NCBI RefSeq assembly: GCF_006345805.1
Contig: NC_043017.1
Location: 15,376,001 to 15,440,000, forward strand
Source of the DNA: Octopus sinensis
Taxonomy: Eukaryota
Length of the DNA: 64,000 bases
Direction: 5' to 3'
Shown: piece after piece, positions 14,573 to 28,269 of the stretch
Layout of the letters: the number at the start of each line of letters is the position of its first letter
Numbering within the stretch: the stretch's first letter is position 1
Notes under the pieces: model-generated
What the model saw: only the letters and a program-made list of their open reading frames with translations
The model's database searches: none
Told to the model about the DNA's origin: nothing
Position numbers and translations under genes: made by a program

Positions 14573-14859
14573 CTATCTAATCTCTCTCTCTTTCTCCCTC
14601 TTTTCAGCTGGATAACAAACATGAATATTCTTCCTCATGCACCCAGATGTATCTCTCTTGCTTGTTTGTGGAATAGTTGAACCAAAACTAGACCCTATAC
14701 ACATGTGCGTCCGTGTACAGCTGGACGACTGTATTAACCGGACGATCGGACGTTGCTATACTCTGCTGGTCACAATGTAATTCCTTAAATTTTGACAGCT
14801 TTAGAATGATGCACTCAGCTGGTAAGGTGGGCCAGGCAGGACAGGACAGGACAAGCCCT

Positions 14860-15300
14860 AGATATACGAAATAAGCAGTGGAAAACCGTAAATGTTTCAA
14901 CAAGACTCGATACCTTCTCACAAAGCCCAAGAATGGATGTCAGACAATCTTTACGATCATACAACACCAAACTTGTAGTCTCCAAACCCAGCAGATTTCA
15001 ATCCCATGGACTGCCATGTTTGGAGCGTTGTTGAAAGGGAGACAACTCGACATGCTCACAATACCATTACTTCACTGAAGGCCATCATTGTCCAGTGATG
15101 AATGCGGACCATTTAGTGCCAACATGTTAATGGCTCCGGTCCTGCATTCATTGATCGAAGACGGATTCATAGAAAGAATCTTGTAAGAAAGCTTATCGAG
15201 AACTTACGTGAATATTTTTCTGAAGATAAAGATTTGGTTTTTGATAGATTAGACTTGTTTTATCACATTAGCAAATATACCCTGAAATACCTCTCGTTTA
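14860..15300 (+). mobile_element. Tc1/mariner-superfamily transposase relic (catalytic C-terminal part)
   Basis: Frames give FQQDS.PSHKAQEWMSDN and SPNPADFNPMDCHVWSVVERET, matching FQQDxAPxH and WPPxSPDLNPxD. Confidence 0.75.
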
Positions 15301-17384
15301 TATGGATGTATGTATATATGCATGTATGTATGCATGTATTTATGTACTATGTATGTATGTATTTGTGTCTATATATATATATATATACATATATATGTGT
15401 GTGTGTGCGTATTATACCTCTATGTATATGCATACATTCATACACTTACCAATATAATATATAAGTGCGTCATACATATCTTCCTCTATGTGTGTGTATG
15501 TGTGTGTGAGTGTATGTATGCATGCATGTATGTATATATATGTGTGTGCGTGTGTGTTTGTGTTTCTGTGTATACATACCTATACATAGACATATTCATA
15601 TGCTTATGTATGTTTGTGTGTATATGGCATGGTTTTCATTACATTAGAGATATTAAGAAAGGAATTATGTTGCTTTAAACTGTGTCTCACCTATTTTGCT
15701 CGGGAATGTTTGAGAGCGGCGAACGTCGTGCGGTAATGTAATTTGTAACAAACAAATGTCGATGGATCTGTTTTATTCAATTGTATCCTAAACAAAGGCA
15801 AAACGTGATGCGAACGATTTCCACGCCATTCTTTTGTTGCTAATTCATTTATGTATTTCGTTATATGCTTTTTTTGTTTTGTTTTTTTTTTTTTTAGTTT
15901 TGCGTTATTTCAACTTCGTTCGTGAAAATTCTTGTTTATTTCAATATCTTGCAACAAATATCATAAGAATTTATCTGCAGTCATCGCCATCGTCTTCGTA
16001 ATGGTGTTTGTTGTTGTTGTTGTTATGATTGCATATTTAGCGGCGGTGAATTGCAGAATCGGCAAACTGACGAACAGAAATGATGTCTTGCTATATTTTC
16101 TTGTCAATCGTTCATTTTTGAGTCCATATTTCACTTCCGGAGTTTTACTTCATTTTCTATGGGGAGGTGTAAATGAAATAACCAGGTAATTTACAGTAGA
16201 TAATTGATGAGTTGTTAATTGGCAGCGCATTCAATTCTTCATATTTGGAATTAATCGTTCTCCACGTATGGAATTCTTCCACATCAACTCGTTCAGAGGG
16301 GAAGGGATATTGAAGGGGGACGATATCAGGTGGTGCAGTGAATTAAATGACAAACATCAAAAGCTTTGAATGGTGCCATCAACGCCAAGAATTTGCCTGT
16401 TTTCCGATTAATCTAATGCTTGCAAATTCCTCACGTCTTTGAGCTGACAGAATTGTTAGCATGCTGGACAAAATGCTCAGCAGCAAGTTTAAATTGCTTT
16501 TCATATTTTCGGAGGTTGATAAAATACATACTAGACAAGAACTGGTGTTGACTTGGAAGGATGGAGTTCTGTTCAACGAAAGCCGACATCTTGAATGTGA
16601 GAATCTTGTGTGAGATGTTGAGACATGTCATTGGTTGGTAATTCTTCGCGGGGTTTGCATCATCAGTTTCGGTAGGTTGGTAGTTCCTTCAATCAGATAC
16701 TTATGAAACTGATTGAAGCAACTAACACCCTACCGAAATCAGAGAGTCAACGAGATTTTCTTGTACTTTTGTCAAGCTATTTAGCCATAACTTTGGGATC
16801 CAGTCCAGTCCTGGGGTTTTCCATTAGTGAGACTTTCTAAGAACACATCTTAAATCTTCTATTCCTATTGTTTCCCACTTCTATTCTTTAATTTCATCCA
16901 GTCTCTCTTTCTCACGTTCTATCCTGTCAACTTCAGCGTTGCTCCATATCTTTCTCCAGAACTCTTCAAGCTTAGGGTTACCTCCATTACCTCCATCTTA
17001 CTTTTGCCAATAAAACATAAAACCCATTTGCCTCCGTTTTCAATATTTTGTGTTGACGATAAAATTTCTTTCTTTTACCTTCCTTTCTAAACCGTCAGGT
17101 TTTTATCTGTTTCCGTTCGTTCAACACTTCCTCGGTTGCAGGGAGTTTTATAAGATCTTTTATTTAATAGTTTTGCTTAATTTTTCTACCTTTTCTCGTA
17201 TTCTCCTCAAGCAAGTTCATCGGCAATTGACACAGCCCGTAGATAATCAATCTCCTTTTGTTTTGTTTTTACTTTCCATTTAGGAGGTCTTTTTCTTTCA
17301 AATCTTAATAGTTTAGCTGTGGATTAGATAAGATCATTTCCTTTATCACTTAAGATCTGTCTTAAAGCAGCGTTATAAATCATA

Positions 17385-17516
17385 ATTTTGTTTACATTAT
17401 TTACATTTGACAGATATTTGTCCTCATCTTGTTTATTGTTAACACAACGTTTCGGCTGATATACTCTCCGGCCTTCATCAGGTGTCTTGGGGAAATTTCG
17501 AACCTGGGTCCTCATT
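17385..17516 (-). mobile_element. Penelope-like pseudo-LTR fragment
   Basis: Carries the hammerhead motif typical of Penelope pLTRs (next feature). Confidence 0.65.
17441..17486 (-). ncRNA. Minimal type I hammerhead ribozyme motif
   Basis: Minus strand reads GACAC-CUGAUGA-A-GGCCG(GAGAGUAUAU)CAGCC-GAAAC-GUU-GUGUU. Stem I is GACAC/GUGUU, stem II has one mismatch, stem III is the palindrome AACGUU. Confidence 0.75.
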
Positions 17517-18139
17517 CGTCTGAGACTATTCTGCAGGAAGGGGCTGTTCTGAAGGAACGAACGAAGAGGCTATGCCGACGGCGCTACGATACCTACGAAA
17601 TTTGGTAATGATGATGATGGTGGTGGTGGTGGTGGTGGTGGTGGAAGTAGTGATGGTGGCAGGTATGGTGGTGGTAGTTATAAGGATCGCAATACGCACA
17701 TAAGGTTTTAACCTATAATGACGTTGAATGTTGAAATAGCAACGTCTGTGTTTGACAGAAACATTGGACGGTAGGAATAAAAGGACAACTGGCTGGACGG
17801 TCCGTTGGAATGGACATCAGCGAAAACTGTCAGCCATTGATGAAAGCTTTGTGATGGCGATGATGGCCTCAACACCTGACCTAGGACAATCTAATCCTAC
17901 CAAATTCTCAGACTGCCACAAATTCCTCGAACTCTTCAAACTCTTTTAAGCATTTTAAGCTAAATATTAACTTTGATATTCTTTCAATCTTATTTAGTTT
18001 AGTTTTATTTTTAAAAATGGTTTTCAAAATATTTTTACTGTTTATATTTTGTTTAGAAATAATTTCGCCTATTTTTACGCTGTTACCACGTGATGTCTTT
18101 GAGTTGGTGGCGGTAGTGGCGGTGGTGGAGGTAGTCTTT

Positions 18140-18425
18140 GGCGCCTTACCAATCCTGGTCGAATCAAGCTGGAGTATACATAAGCGTATGCATATATCCG
18201 AGTGTACTGATGGTTTCCCTCTTGTCTTTTTGTGTTTCTACCACTTCACAACCGGTGTTGGCGTGATTTCGTCTACGTAACTTAGCGATTCGACCACAAG
18301 ACACCGATAGCATAAATCCCAGACATCGAGAGAACAAGTCCTGAAGGAAATTTTATAAACTCAAACCGTTCAAGGCGGTGCCCCAGCATGGCCTCAGTCC
18401 AATGACTGAATCAAATAAAAGAATA
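18140..18425 (+). mobile_element. SINE family 2, diverged 3' half
   Basis: Contains cgtaacttagcg and the tail aaggcggtgccccagcatggcctcagtccaatgactgaa. Confidence 0.75.
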
Positions 18426-18724
18426 CAGGAATATGTAATGTATAATCCATATAATCCACGTTGTCAAGGAAACACGTGTTATTTATGAAAAGTATGTTGT
18501 ATATGGAATGTGCATTCTATCTAAAATATATGCAATATATGAAAAGTACGTGTCGTATATTGAGAATATGTCCTGCATGTGAAATGTATGTTATATATGA
18601 AATGTAAGCAATATGTATGATTTATGTGAAATATATAAGGATTCCGCTCATATGTCATAATATGTGACTGCTTTGATCTTAAACCTTACTGATAATGGTG
18701 ACGAAATCAAAATCAAGAACAGTA

Positions 18725-18796
<72 letters not shown>

Positions 18797-18800
<4 letters not shown>

Positions 18801-19328
18801 TAGTTTTATTTTTATAGCGTGCTTTCACTTCACTACCGAGCGCAGCTCTGTGTGCCTTGGGTATGTGCTGTGATTTGTTGTGATGCTCTGATGGTTATTG
18901 TATGGAAAGTGTTCTGCGTAGGATGTGTGCAGTGCCTAGTAGTGCAATTTCTGTATGTTATATGTGTTTGTAAGTCCTGGTATTTTTGTTATGTATTTGT
19001 CTGAATATTTTTTTATCATGCCTAATGCACCTACTATGATAGGAATTGTTTCTGTTTTCAGATTCCACATTCTAGTTACCTCTATTTCCAGGTCTTTGTA
19101 TTTTGAGAGTTTCTCCATTTCTTTTAGAGACACGTTGTCATCAATTAGAAAGCATTTTTTTTCTTCATGATCTCTGACAACTATATCTGGTCTGTTGGCC
19201 TTAATTTCTCTATCTGTGTGTATTGGCATATCCCAGAGTATGGTTGCTTTCTCGTTTTCTGTGACCTTTTCTGGTGTGTGCCTATACCATCTTTTTTCTG
19301 TTCTTATTCCATAATGTTGGCATAGCTT
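18797..19328 (-). mobile_element. R4/Dong-type LINE 3' fragment (restriction-like endonuclease), flanked by (TTA)n
   Basis: ILWDMPIHTDREIKANRPDIVV..KLSKYKDLEIEVTRMW..PIIVGALG (ORF 18936..19229). Triplet repeats on both sides. Confidence 0.9.
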
Positions 19329-19343
19329 ATTATTATTATTATT

Positions 19344-19403
<60 letters not shown>

Positions 19404-19416
19404 TTTATTATTATTA

Positions 19417-19476
<60 letters not shown>

Positions 19477-19500
19477 TATTATCATTATTATTATTATTAC

Positions 19501-19548
<48 letters not shown>

Positions 19549-19569
19549 TATTATTATTATTATTATTAC

Positions 19570-19602
<33 letters not shown>

Positions 19603-20765
19603 GTTATTTAAACCAAACAAGGAATCTAAGGCACGTTAACAAAGCCAGAAGCCATAAAAATATTTGTAGTTTGTCCTAATTAATGATGTTTTCTAAATAG
19701 TTTAATTACTATTTTTACTGGAACTTTCATGGATGATGGAGGCGGTAGTGGGAGCATGATATTTTGCGCGAGTGTTTTTCGATCCTTTTCTTATTATTTT
19801 AATGATTGCTGGATTTTAAGTTTGTTACATTTGTTGTTGTTGTTGTTGTTAGCTGTGGATGTCGTGATGGTGGGTGATGATGGGTGGCGCTGCTATATTT
19901 CTCTGTTGTTATTGGGGTGGTGGCGATAGTGGTGATGATAATGGTGGTGAGGGTGCTTGATGTTTGTGTTTGAAGTTTTGGTTTTGCTGGTGATGGCGGT
20001 GTTGGTGTCGATGGTTGGTAGTGGTGGTGGTGTTGTGGTGGTGGTGGTGGTGGTGGTGGTGGTGGTGGTGGTGGTGGTGGTGGGGTGGTGGTGGTGGTGA
20101 CAACGGTGGTGGTGGTGGTGATGGTGATATTGGTGGTGCTACTGTTGTTGGTGGTGGTCATGGTGGTTGTTAGTGTAGGAACTGTGATGGTGGTGGTGGT
20201 GGTGGTATTAGTGGTGGGCGTGATGGTTGAACCAGTGCTATTGTTGTTGTTCTTGTTGATGACGATGATGATGATGATAATGATGATGATGCTGTTGCTG
20301 TTACTGCAACGCCGATGAAAGTGAACTCGAAAGAAGTCACTGTTGACACCTCTCTGTTTATAAACAATAACAAACACACAAAAATAGAAAAAGAAGATAG
20401 AAACATTATCATTATCTCCCAGAATGCCTTGCGGTAATGCAAATGGTGGCCGTGAGTAGACTATAATCAAATACGGGAGGGGAGAGATGGTGTGTGTCTG
20501 TGTCCGTCTACGTGTGTGCTTGTGTGTGTCTCATTATGTGTGCGTATGTATTTGTGTACACATAAACGTGTATGGGTGTGTTTGTGTGTTTGTGTTACAT
20601 GAGTTCGTTATTGTTGTTGTTGTTGCTGTGTGAATTATATATTATATTGTGTGCTATGTGTTTGTGTGTGTTTGTGTTATTGTTATATTTCAATCCTCCC
20701 TCTTATCAATTTGTTATCAGTTTATTTTCAAACTAAATTTATTGATAAAATTCATTTTATTTTCT

Positions 20766-20825
<60 letters not shown>

Positions 20826-21159
20826 TGGCGTAGAAATAATAGAAGGGTTGGGGTGGAGGAGAGGAAAGAGGCGAGAGGCAGTTGTTTTATAATTGTTTTC
20901 CTTCTCGTTTTCATGTCATCTTTTTCCATTTCCTTTCTTGCCCTTCTTCTCCTCTTCCTCCTACTCTTCTTCCTCCTTGCGTCATCTTCCTTCTTCTTCT
21001 TCTTCTCTTCTTCTTCTGCTTCTCCCCCCCCCCCCCTATCATTCCTCTAATCACCACAGCCTAACATTCAACCAAAATAATTAATGAACTCACTCATTCT
21101 TTTCTAAAATATTTACATTTCATGGCTGAATATTTCAACAAAAATTAACAATTCATTTA

Positions 21160-21421
21160 GAGGCGGCGGCGGCGGCGGCAGCGGCAGCGGCAGCGGCGGC
21201 GGCGGCGGGAGCGGCGCGCGGCGGCAGCGGCGGCGGCGGCGGCGGGAGCGGCGCGGCGGCAGCGGCGGCGGCGGCGGTAGCGCGGCGGCGGCGGCAGCGG
21301 CGGCGGCAGCGGCGGCGGCGGCAGCGGCGGCGGCGGCAGCGGCGGCGCGGCAGCGGCGGCGGCGGCGGCGGCGGCGGCAGCGGCGGCAGCGGCGCGGCGG
21401 CAGCGGCGGCGCGCGGCGGCA

Positions 21422-21452
<31 letters not shown>

Positions 21453-21534
21453 GGCGGCGGCGGCGGCGCGGCAGCGGCGGCGGCGGCAGCGGCGGCGGCG
21501 GCAGCGGCGGCGGCGGCAGCGGCGGCGGCGGCAG

Positions 21535-21563
<29 letters not shown>
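21160..21563. repeat. (GGC)n/(GCA)-interrupted GC-rich triplet tract, ~400 bp
   Basis: Directly visible. Confidence 0.95.
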
Positions 21564-21566
<3 letters not shown>

Positions 21567-21806
21567 CTGATGCTGCTAACGTCCGTGGTGATGCTTCAGC
21601 AAAACAAGGACATTCCATATAATTTCCTCTGCTTTGTAAGAAGGTGCGTGGTAAGTTATGGAATGGCGGTGGGGAAACAGGAAACGAAAAACGAAAATCG
21701 GGTCAGTAAAACTGGAATATGTAAAAGTATGGAGTACGAAAACAAAAGCGTGGAATCGAAGGAAAATGGAGAATTTGAGTTGACATCAATGGAAGTAAAC
21801 AGTCGA

Positions 21807-21986
21807 AGAATTGGTAACAATTGTCATGGAATCACAGAATTGGTAACAATTGTCATGGAATCACAGAATTGGTAACAATTGTCATGGAATCACAGAATTG
21901 GTAACAATTGTCATGGAATCACAGAATTGGTAACAATTGTCATGGAATCACAGAATTGGTAACAATTGTCATGGAATCACAGAATT
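21807..21986. repeat. Perfect 29 bp minisatellite, 6 copies (agaattggtaacaattgtcatggaatcac)
   Basis: Units start at 21807, 21836, 21865, 21894, 21923 and 21952. No spacers. Confidence 0.97.
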
Positions 21987-22919
21987 TGTATCGCTGGTAA
22001 TAAACAGTCACTATAATATCCCTAAGATTCTTTGGGGGTCCCAATATTTTTCTTGTATTCTACTTCCACTAGGCGTTATCTGACCATTCCATCGAAGAGG
22101 TCTGAAGCAACACACAATAATTAACTACAAACTGTTTTGGATTGCATCCATTCATCGGTCCGCCCCTCTTCTGCCCCCACCTGTACCCCGCTATTCCTGG
22201 AAGGGTTTTGTTGTGGTTCAAGTTCGCCGGTACTTCCTCCATAGGGTCCTGTCAGAAGCATCCGTCACTCCACAGATCTGGCTGGAATCCCAAGCGTGGC
22301 CAACCATTCTATTTCTTAGTCTACTCTCAGCTCTCCTGCCGCCTCGCTTGATTTGAAGAATCCACTTTGCGATTCTTTCCTGTAACATTATAACCACATG
22401 TCCGGCCGCTGTGATTTAAATAGTTCTTTCTAAAGCAGCCATAAGGCCTGCAAGTTGGAATTATAGTTGGTTATATTGAGCCCAGTATATAACTGGTAAT
22501 TTATTTTATGTGACTTCGAAGAGAGCCAAAACAAATGATGCGAAGGTTATCACTTTCTTCAGTTTCATGTTGTGTGTGTATATGTGTATTTGCGAGTGCG
22601 GGGGCGTATCTGTATGTGTATGTGCGTATACGTATGTATGTGTGTACGCATGCATGCACGTATATATAGATAGATGCATACATACATGCGTACACACACA
22701 GAGACATAAATATGTGTAAACGTGTGTGTATATATAGCTGTGTGTGTGTGTGTTTGCGTGCGTGCCTGCGCGCGCGTGTATGTGTTTGTATGTGTTTTAA
22801 GCACCAATGTAAAATAATCACTGATCGCAATATGATTCAATAAAAATTTGCAAACGTGTTGCCCCATCCTGGCCGCAGTCTAATGGTGATTCAAACCAAT
22901 GATAACAACGTCTAGCAAA

Positions 22920-23135
22920 TTTTGGCACAATGCCAGCAGTTTTGAGGGGCAAGGTAAGCCGATTTCATCAACCCTCTCCCCCGTGCATGACTGGTAATGA
23001 CCCTCCCCCCCCCCCCCCGAAAGGTTGGAAAGCAAAGTCAATCCCGGCGGATTTTGCACTCGGAAAGTAAAGAGTCGGAAGAAACGCTACTAAGCATTTT
23101 GTCCGACTTGTTAAGGATTCTCCCAACTCAGAGCC
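22920..23135 (-). mobile_element. SINE family 1, diverged
   Basis: ttttggcacaatgccagcag...aagcaaagtcaatcccggcggattttgcactc...taagcattttgtcc. Confidence 0.75.
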
Positions 23136-23254
23136 TTGGAGACCGATAAATATAATAAAATGATAAATGGAAAAAAAAAAAAAAATTTAATTGTTAAGTG
23201 ATAAGACAGGAATATTTGTGTAAAATGTAGGTTGAATATATGTGTGTGTATGTA

Positions 23255-23402
23255 TATGTGTGTATGTGTACGTGTGTATGTATATGTGTGTATGTGTACG
23301 TGTGTATGTGTACGTGTGTATGTGTACGTGTGTATGTGTACGTGTGTATGTGTACGTGTGTATGTGTACGTGTGTATGTGTACGTGTGTATGTGTACGTG
23401 TG
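23255..23402. repeat. 14 bp minisatellite (gtgtatgtgtacgt)n
   Basis: Directly visible. Confidence 0.9.
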
Positions 23403-24049
23403 TGTATTTGTGAGTGTTTTCATCAGTCAAATCTCCGAAATAATCTGAATATTTTTTTCTCAATTAATGAATAAAACATCAACAACATGGCCGACGGAAA
23501 AGACGTTGTTTAAATTTCAATACACGAATTGGCGCGAGCTTGGCTGAATGGTTCAGAGGCTGGCCTTGGAAACATTTCGTTTTGGGTTCAGTCCTACCGC
23601 ACGGCATCTTGGGCGAGTGTCTTCACCGATAGCCCGCTATGATATTTTAAATTAACTAATTAATTAATTAGTTAATTGATATTGCTTCCATAATTAAAAA
23701 TTATTAATGTTAATCATAATACGAGTCAAAAAAGCAAGGGGAATAACTATTGAATTCAGATTAATTAAGCATTGAATAGTGACATACAACGGAGGATGGT
23801 TCTAATCTTTAGTAATGCGGTGACAACTCCGGTTATCTTTCAGTCTTATAAAACCTCATCAGCGAAACAGTAGAGCAATACTGATACTCACTACATTCGA
23901 CTTGTTTTCCTCTAATTTATGATATTCAGTCCTTTAAGTTTTTTTGTCACTCGACATATTATGGATTTGTTGGTCCCTTCTTTTCCTTCTTTCTAGTCCC
24001 TCATACTACCATGGATTCAAACCTTGTTTAGGAGAAAAATGTATTATAA

Positions 24050-24416
24050 TAATAAGAGCACCCAGAGAGCGCAAACCGCTGACAAGGCAACACCAACGTC
24101 CTCTCAACGATTAACCAGAGATGATTTTTTAAATGAGAATATCCGAAATAAACTCGACTGCTCTCACAAATGAGAATACTAAAAATGAACCCGACCGCTC
24201 TCAAAAATTAAGTTAGAAAAACAGGAAAAATAATCCAGAATCCTTGTCTGGTGGTGGATCGATCCCAAAATCAAATAAGTTCGTGCCAATCACGAGGCTA
24301 AACATCCCTGAAAGTTTCATCCGAGTCCGTCCAGCGGTTCTTGAGATATCTTGTCCACAGACAAACAAACAAACGCAACTGAAAATAATACCTCCGCCTT
24401 CATTAAGGCGAAGATA
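24050..24416 (+). mobile_element. Non-autonomous Helitron/Helentron (HINE)-like element
   Basis: Contains an aagtttcat...cggttcttgagatat motif, an (ACAA)n run and a terminal hairpin ctccgcctt-catt-aaggcgaag. This architecture is typical of DINE-1/HINE elements. Confidence 0.55.
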
Positions 24417-24589
24417 ATTGATATTTTAAATCAATTCATTCAAGAACACTCATTCGAATAAAAAAACTGCCTATGGTTTTGGCACTGGCAAAGATCATGT
24501 TTGCTCTGCTAGGCTTTAGTTCCAGTTTCGCCACTATGGTCAAACACAAAGTAACTCTAAATCTGATGGGAACATACAGTACCAAGTAG

Positions 24590-24785
24590 GAAGAGGTGTT
24601 GAAAAGTTCCTGGCTTTTGGTAAAAGAAAATACAAGAGGGTCAGTTAATTATGATTTTATTTCCCTCAGATTCACACACTTATTGCAGCAGTTCTTCAGT
24701 TTTTCTGAACTTTGTAAAAGAACTCTGAAGTTTGAACCTCCAACCAGGCCCTTCACGATACCTTTTAAGCGAGGAACTTTTCGTA
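24590..24785. mobile_element. Mariner-derived MITE
   Basis: Inverted ends gaaaagttcctggctt / aagcgaggaacttttc. The interior is homologous to 63150-63346. Confidence 0.75.
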
Positions 24786-25819
24786 TCAATAAGTTCTCAT
24801 TGCTAGAATTTTAACAATTTCTTCGTACGAAGTTCTACAGTAATTGGAACTGTAAGTTTTAGAAATGTCAAAGGATTTGGGGGGTGAGGGTCTAAGCCTG
24901 GTGTGTTGGGGCTGCCCACAAAGGTAGGGTGGCAGTCGGTGAGGGCTAAAATGTTAGAAAGGGAATCTTTCGGTGAAGACGTGAATGAATTAAAACTATT
25001 GCTATAGACACAGAAGTAAACAAATCTGGAATATTTGTGGTGTGAAGAAAGACTTTTATGAAAATGGACATATTTAGTAATATTGATATTTCTAAGTCTC
25101 TCTAAAGGAGACTACGGCAGCGGTACTGGATATCAATAGTCATCACCAAGCTAACATGGCAGTCCAGACATATTTAGAAAATGTCAGCTTTATGAAGACA
25201 TGCTAAATTAATTCTGTAGATCTGTGCGAGGTCTCAAATCACCAGTAACTGGATTATCCAACAAAATACTAATCCTTCGGGATGAGAACACGAACTCCGA
25301 GAATTCACACCATTTTATCTTTTATATTTTCTTTTACATGTTTCGGTCATTAAAATGCAGCCATGCTGGAGCAGCGCCTTAAAGGGTTTTATTCGAACAA
25401 ATCGACTCAAGTATTTATTTTCCCAAACGTAGCAACCTTTTTGAAAATAATCGAAATATCGACGGCACTGGTGATTGATATTTGTTGATAAAGAAATATT
25501 TATGTCGTGTTTTATTTAATACTCTCTATTTGATTAACAAGTGACTTCGCTATTTTTCTGACACCGATAAAACATTGTATATTCATGTATCAAAACCCTT
25601 TCATCGTCGCCAATGTAAGGGACATATATGGGGACATCAAATAAGGATTTACTGACGGGATCAGCAGTTTGAGGGTAAAAATTATATTTTTCAGCTTTTC
25701 GTAAAAGCTCATTTTTCTTTTAATTTTCACTCGACCCCGGGGACTCGTAAGTCCGGTTACCTGGTCTCTAAGGCCTATAAGTGACCGAGATCACAAGAAA
25801 TCCCCGGACGGGACACGAT

Positions 25820-26000
25820 TCAAAACCAGCAACTTGGAGGGGGACGGGTAAATCGTTTACATTGACCTCAATACTTTATTTTATCGACCGAAGAGATGGA
25901 AGGCAAAGATGATCTCGGTGGTATTTGAACTCGGAATGTAAAAAGCCAGAAGAAACGCCGCTAAGCATTTTGTCCGATGCACTAACGATTCTGCCAGCAC
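25820..26000 (-). mobile_element. SINE family 1, diverged
   Basis: ttttatcgaccg..gaaggcaaag..atttgaactcggaatgtaa..ccgctaagcattttgtcc..aacgattctgccagc. Confidence 0.8.
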
Positions 26001-26564
26001 GTCACACTGGTCAGCTTTCAGGGGCAGCGAAAAGATAAGAGTTTCTTTAGGCAACAACTATTTCCATTCCCAGTGACATCATTGACCCAAACAAAGATTT
26101 TTAACTGCTTGTAATTGAGCGCAAATACCGAAAGAAGTGAACCCTGAAAGTTTTTGATGCTCTGTTGTACCACAATAATTCAGAGTAGCAAATATTTAAC
26201 AGACGACATACAACTACACCCATTTCATTGTTTTTCTTTTTTTTTTTTAATTATCATTGTTTGTTTGTTTTGTCATGCTCTGTGAGTCTACACAAACAAT
26301 CTTTGATTGATATTGAAAATAAATTCATTGAGCATTACTCCCAGACGTAAATTGTGTAACTATATGTTTGTTTTTGCATAAATTATCTATATGAATAAAT
26401 TATAATGAATGCATAAATTATGTAAATACAATTTGAAGATTTTAATGTTTCCAAAACTGGTTTTATTAAATTTCTATGAAATTGATATTTTATTGATAGC
26501 TATTTTAAATATCTCAAGGATTTCTTGATAAATCAAAATAACTGACGATGATAAAAGGTTGAAA

Positions 26565-27595
26565 ACGGGTCCTTTATGTGGTCAGTAGATCTGCTAAACA
26601 TAGCAGCTAAACCACGCTTTTACTACTCACCACAATCCTAGAGAAAGAGGAGGAGTATGTGATGCACTGTGACTGAAAATTTGATGGAATGGTCACAGTT
26701 GGAATACCTCTGATTATATATCTGATCACTGATGGCCACCCTGAGGTAATCAACAACAACAACAACAACAAATCGATCCAATGTGACCCATTGAAGTAAA
26801 CTCCATATAGTTGCTGGATATAACAGCCGATTCTCCCTCATAACACAGTCTATAGTCTTAAAGAAATGAATGGACACATTAAACAGTGTAGACCAAGAGA
26901 CAAAAAATCAAAAGACGAGATTGTCACAGCTGGAACGCTTTTGGGCTTAGTAATACTCAATCAAGGCTGACTTGGTGCTAAGCAATGACAACAACGGTTT
27001 GATTAAGGAAGATGCTGGGAAAAAACTGTCTTTGTAATAAACAATAATAAAATCACAGTAATATCATGGGGGATATTTCTAGGAGGTTCCTGTGTGGTAG
27101 ATCAGGCAGCTAAAAATAGCAGACAAATACCCTTCAATTTGGATCCAGATTGCCTAAAAAGATAGATGATGCATTAGATAATGTAGTCCTAGAAATATTA
27201 TACCTGAGTCATGATGGTCAAAGTTGGAACGCCTTTGATAGAAGGCCTCATCAGTCAGGGTGATCCTTGGACTAACAGCAACAACAACGATTTCAGTTTC
27301 CTACAGTCAACCAGGGAGCCTCTACGTGGTCACTTGATCTGCCAGAAATAACAGCCAGATTTCTCTTAAAGCATATCTAAGAAGGTCGATACATCAGCAG
27401 TTTAAGCGCAAACTGCACGAGACACGACGACCAAAGGTGATATGGCCACGGATAAAACGCCTTTGATCATATGCCTGATGAACCAGGCTTGACTGACCTA
27501 GGGTTAAAGAACAGCACTCTGGGAACAACAAAATATTGCGTTGATCATGTGGCTGCTTGACAAGGCTTCACTGACCTGGGGTTAAACAACAAATG
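26565..27595 (+). mobile_element. Cluster of about five old, same-orientation interspersed repeat copies with (CAA)n tails
   Basis: The motif ggtcacagctggaacgcctttgat...ctgacctggggctaaacaacaac recurs in degenerate form near 26690, 26925, 27215, 27445 and 27540. Related copies lie at ~2680 and ~33900-34110 (minus). Confidence 0.6.
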
Positions 27596-28269
27596 TCACG
27601 TGAACATAGTGAATGAATGAAAACCGAATGGAACATTTTCAAATTTCGTTATTGTCCTCCTCCTCCCCCTCCTCCTCACCTCATCACTTATTTCGTTCCA
27701 CTTCAGTAAATATTGTCTTTAATTAGTTTTCTAATTAAAATACATGGACTAATAAAATACTTCACTTTTTCTCACCTACCTCTATCTCCCTCTCTCCTTC
27801 TCTCTCTCTCTCCCTCATGCCCCCCTACTTTCTCCCTCTGCATGTTCACATATATGTGTATATGTGCATGTGTGTGGGGTGGGGGCTGGGCTGGGTGGGT
27901 GGATGGATGGATATATGTTTGTATGTATGTACATTATTCCTTTTCATTTTCTGTCATTCCCTCGTGCTATGTTCCTACATATATGTGTGTGTGTGTGTAT
28001 CTTCTTCTGTCTCTCTCTCTCTCTCTTTCTTGCACTCACACATACTCAACCACCAACCACCACCAACCACCACCACCACCACCCGCCATTCCTTCATTAT
28101 CTGTTCATTAATAAGATTCCAATGAAATAACAAGTGCATCCCCACCGCCACCACCCTAACATGAAATATTTCCATTAATAAAGCTTTCCTAATTCTAAGC
28201 AACAACAACTCTCATAGCTCGTGTATTTCTTCAGTGGTGACCACATAAGGATTTATAGCCTTACCAGTA

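Noticed and set aside
16200-16900. Possible LINE RT relic
   Set aside because: No clear catalytic or conserved motif could be read.
21157-21618. Poly-P/A/R ORF as a formin- or homeobox-type low-complexity exon
   Set aside because: Frame slips within the GGC tract and there is no flanking domain or splice evidence.
21807-21986. 29 bp repeats as a CRISPR array
   Set aside because: Units are contiguous with no spacers, there are no cas genes, and the context is eukaryotic.
23818-23872. Hammerhead-like CTGATGA..GAAA on the minus strand
   Set aside because: Weak stem II and no U-H cleavage site or stem I pairing. At best a dead pLTR relic.
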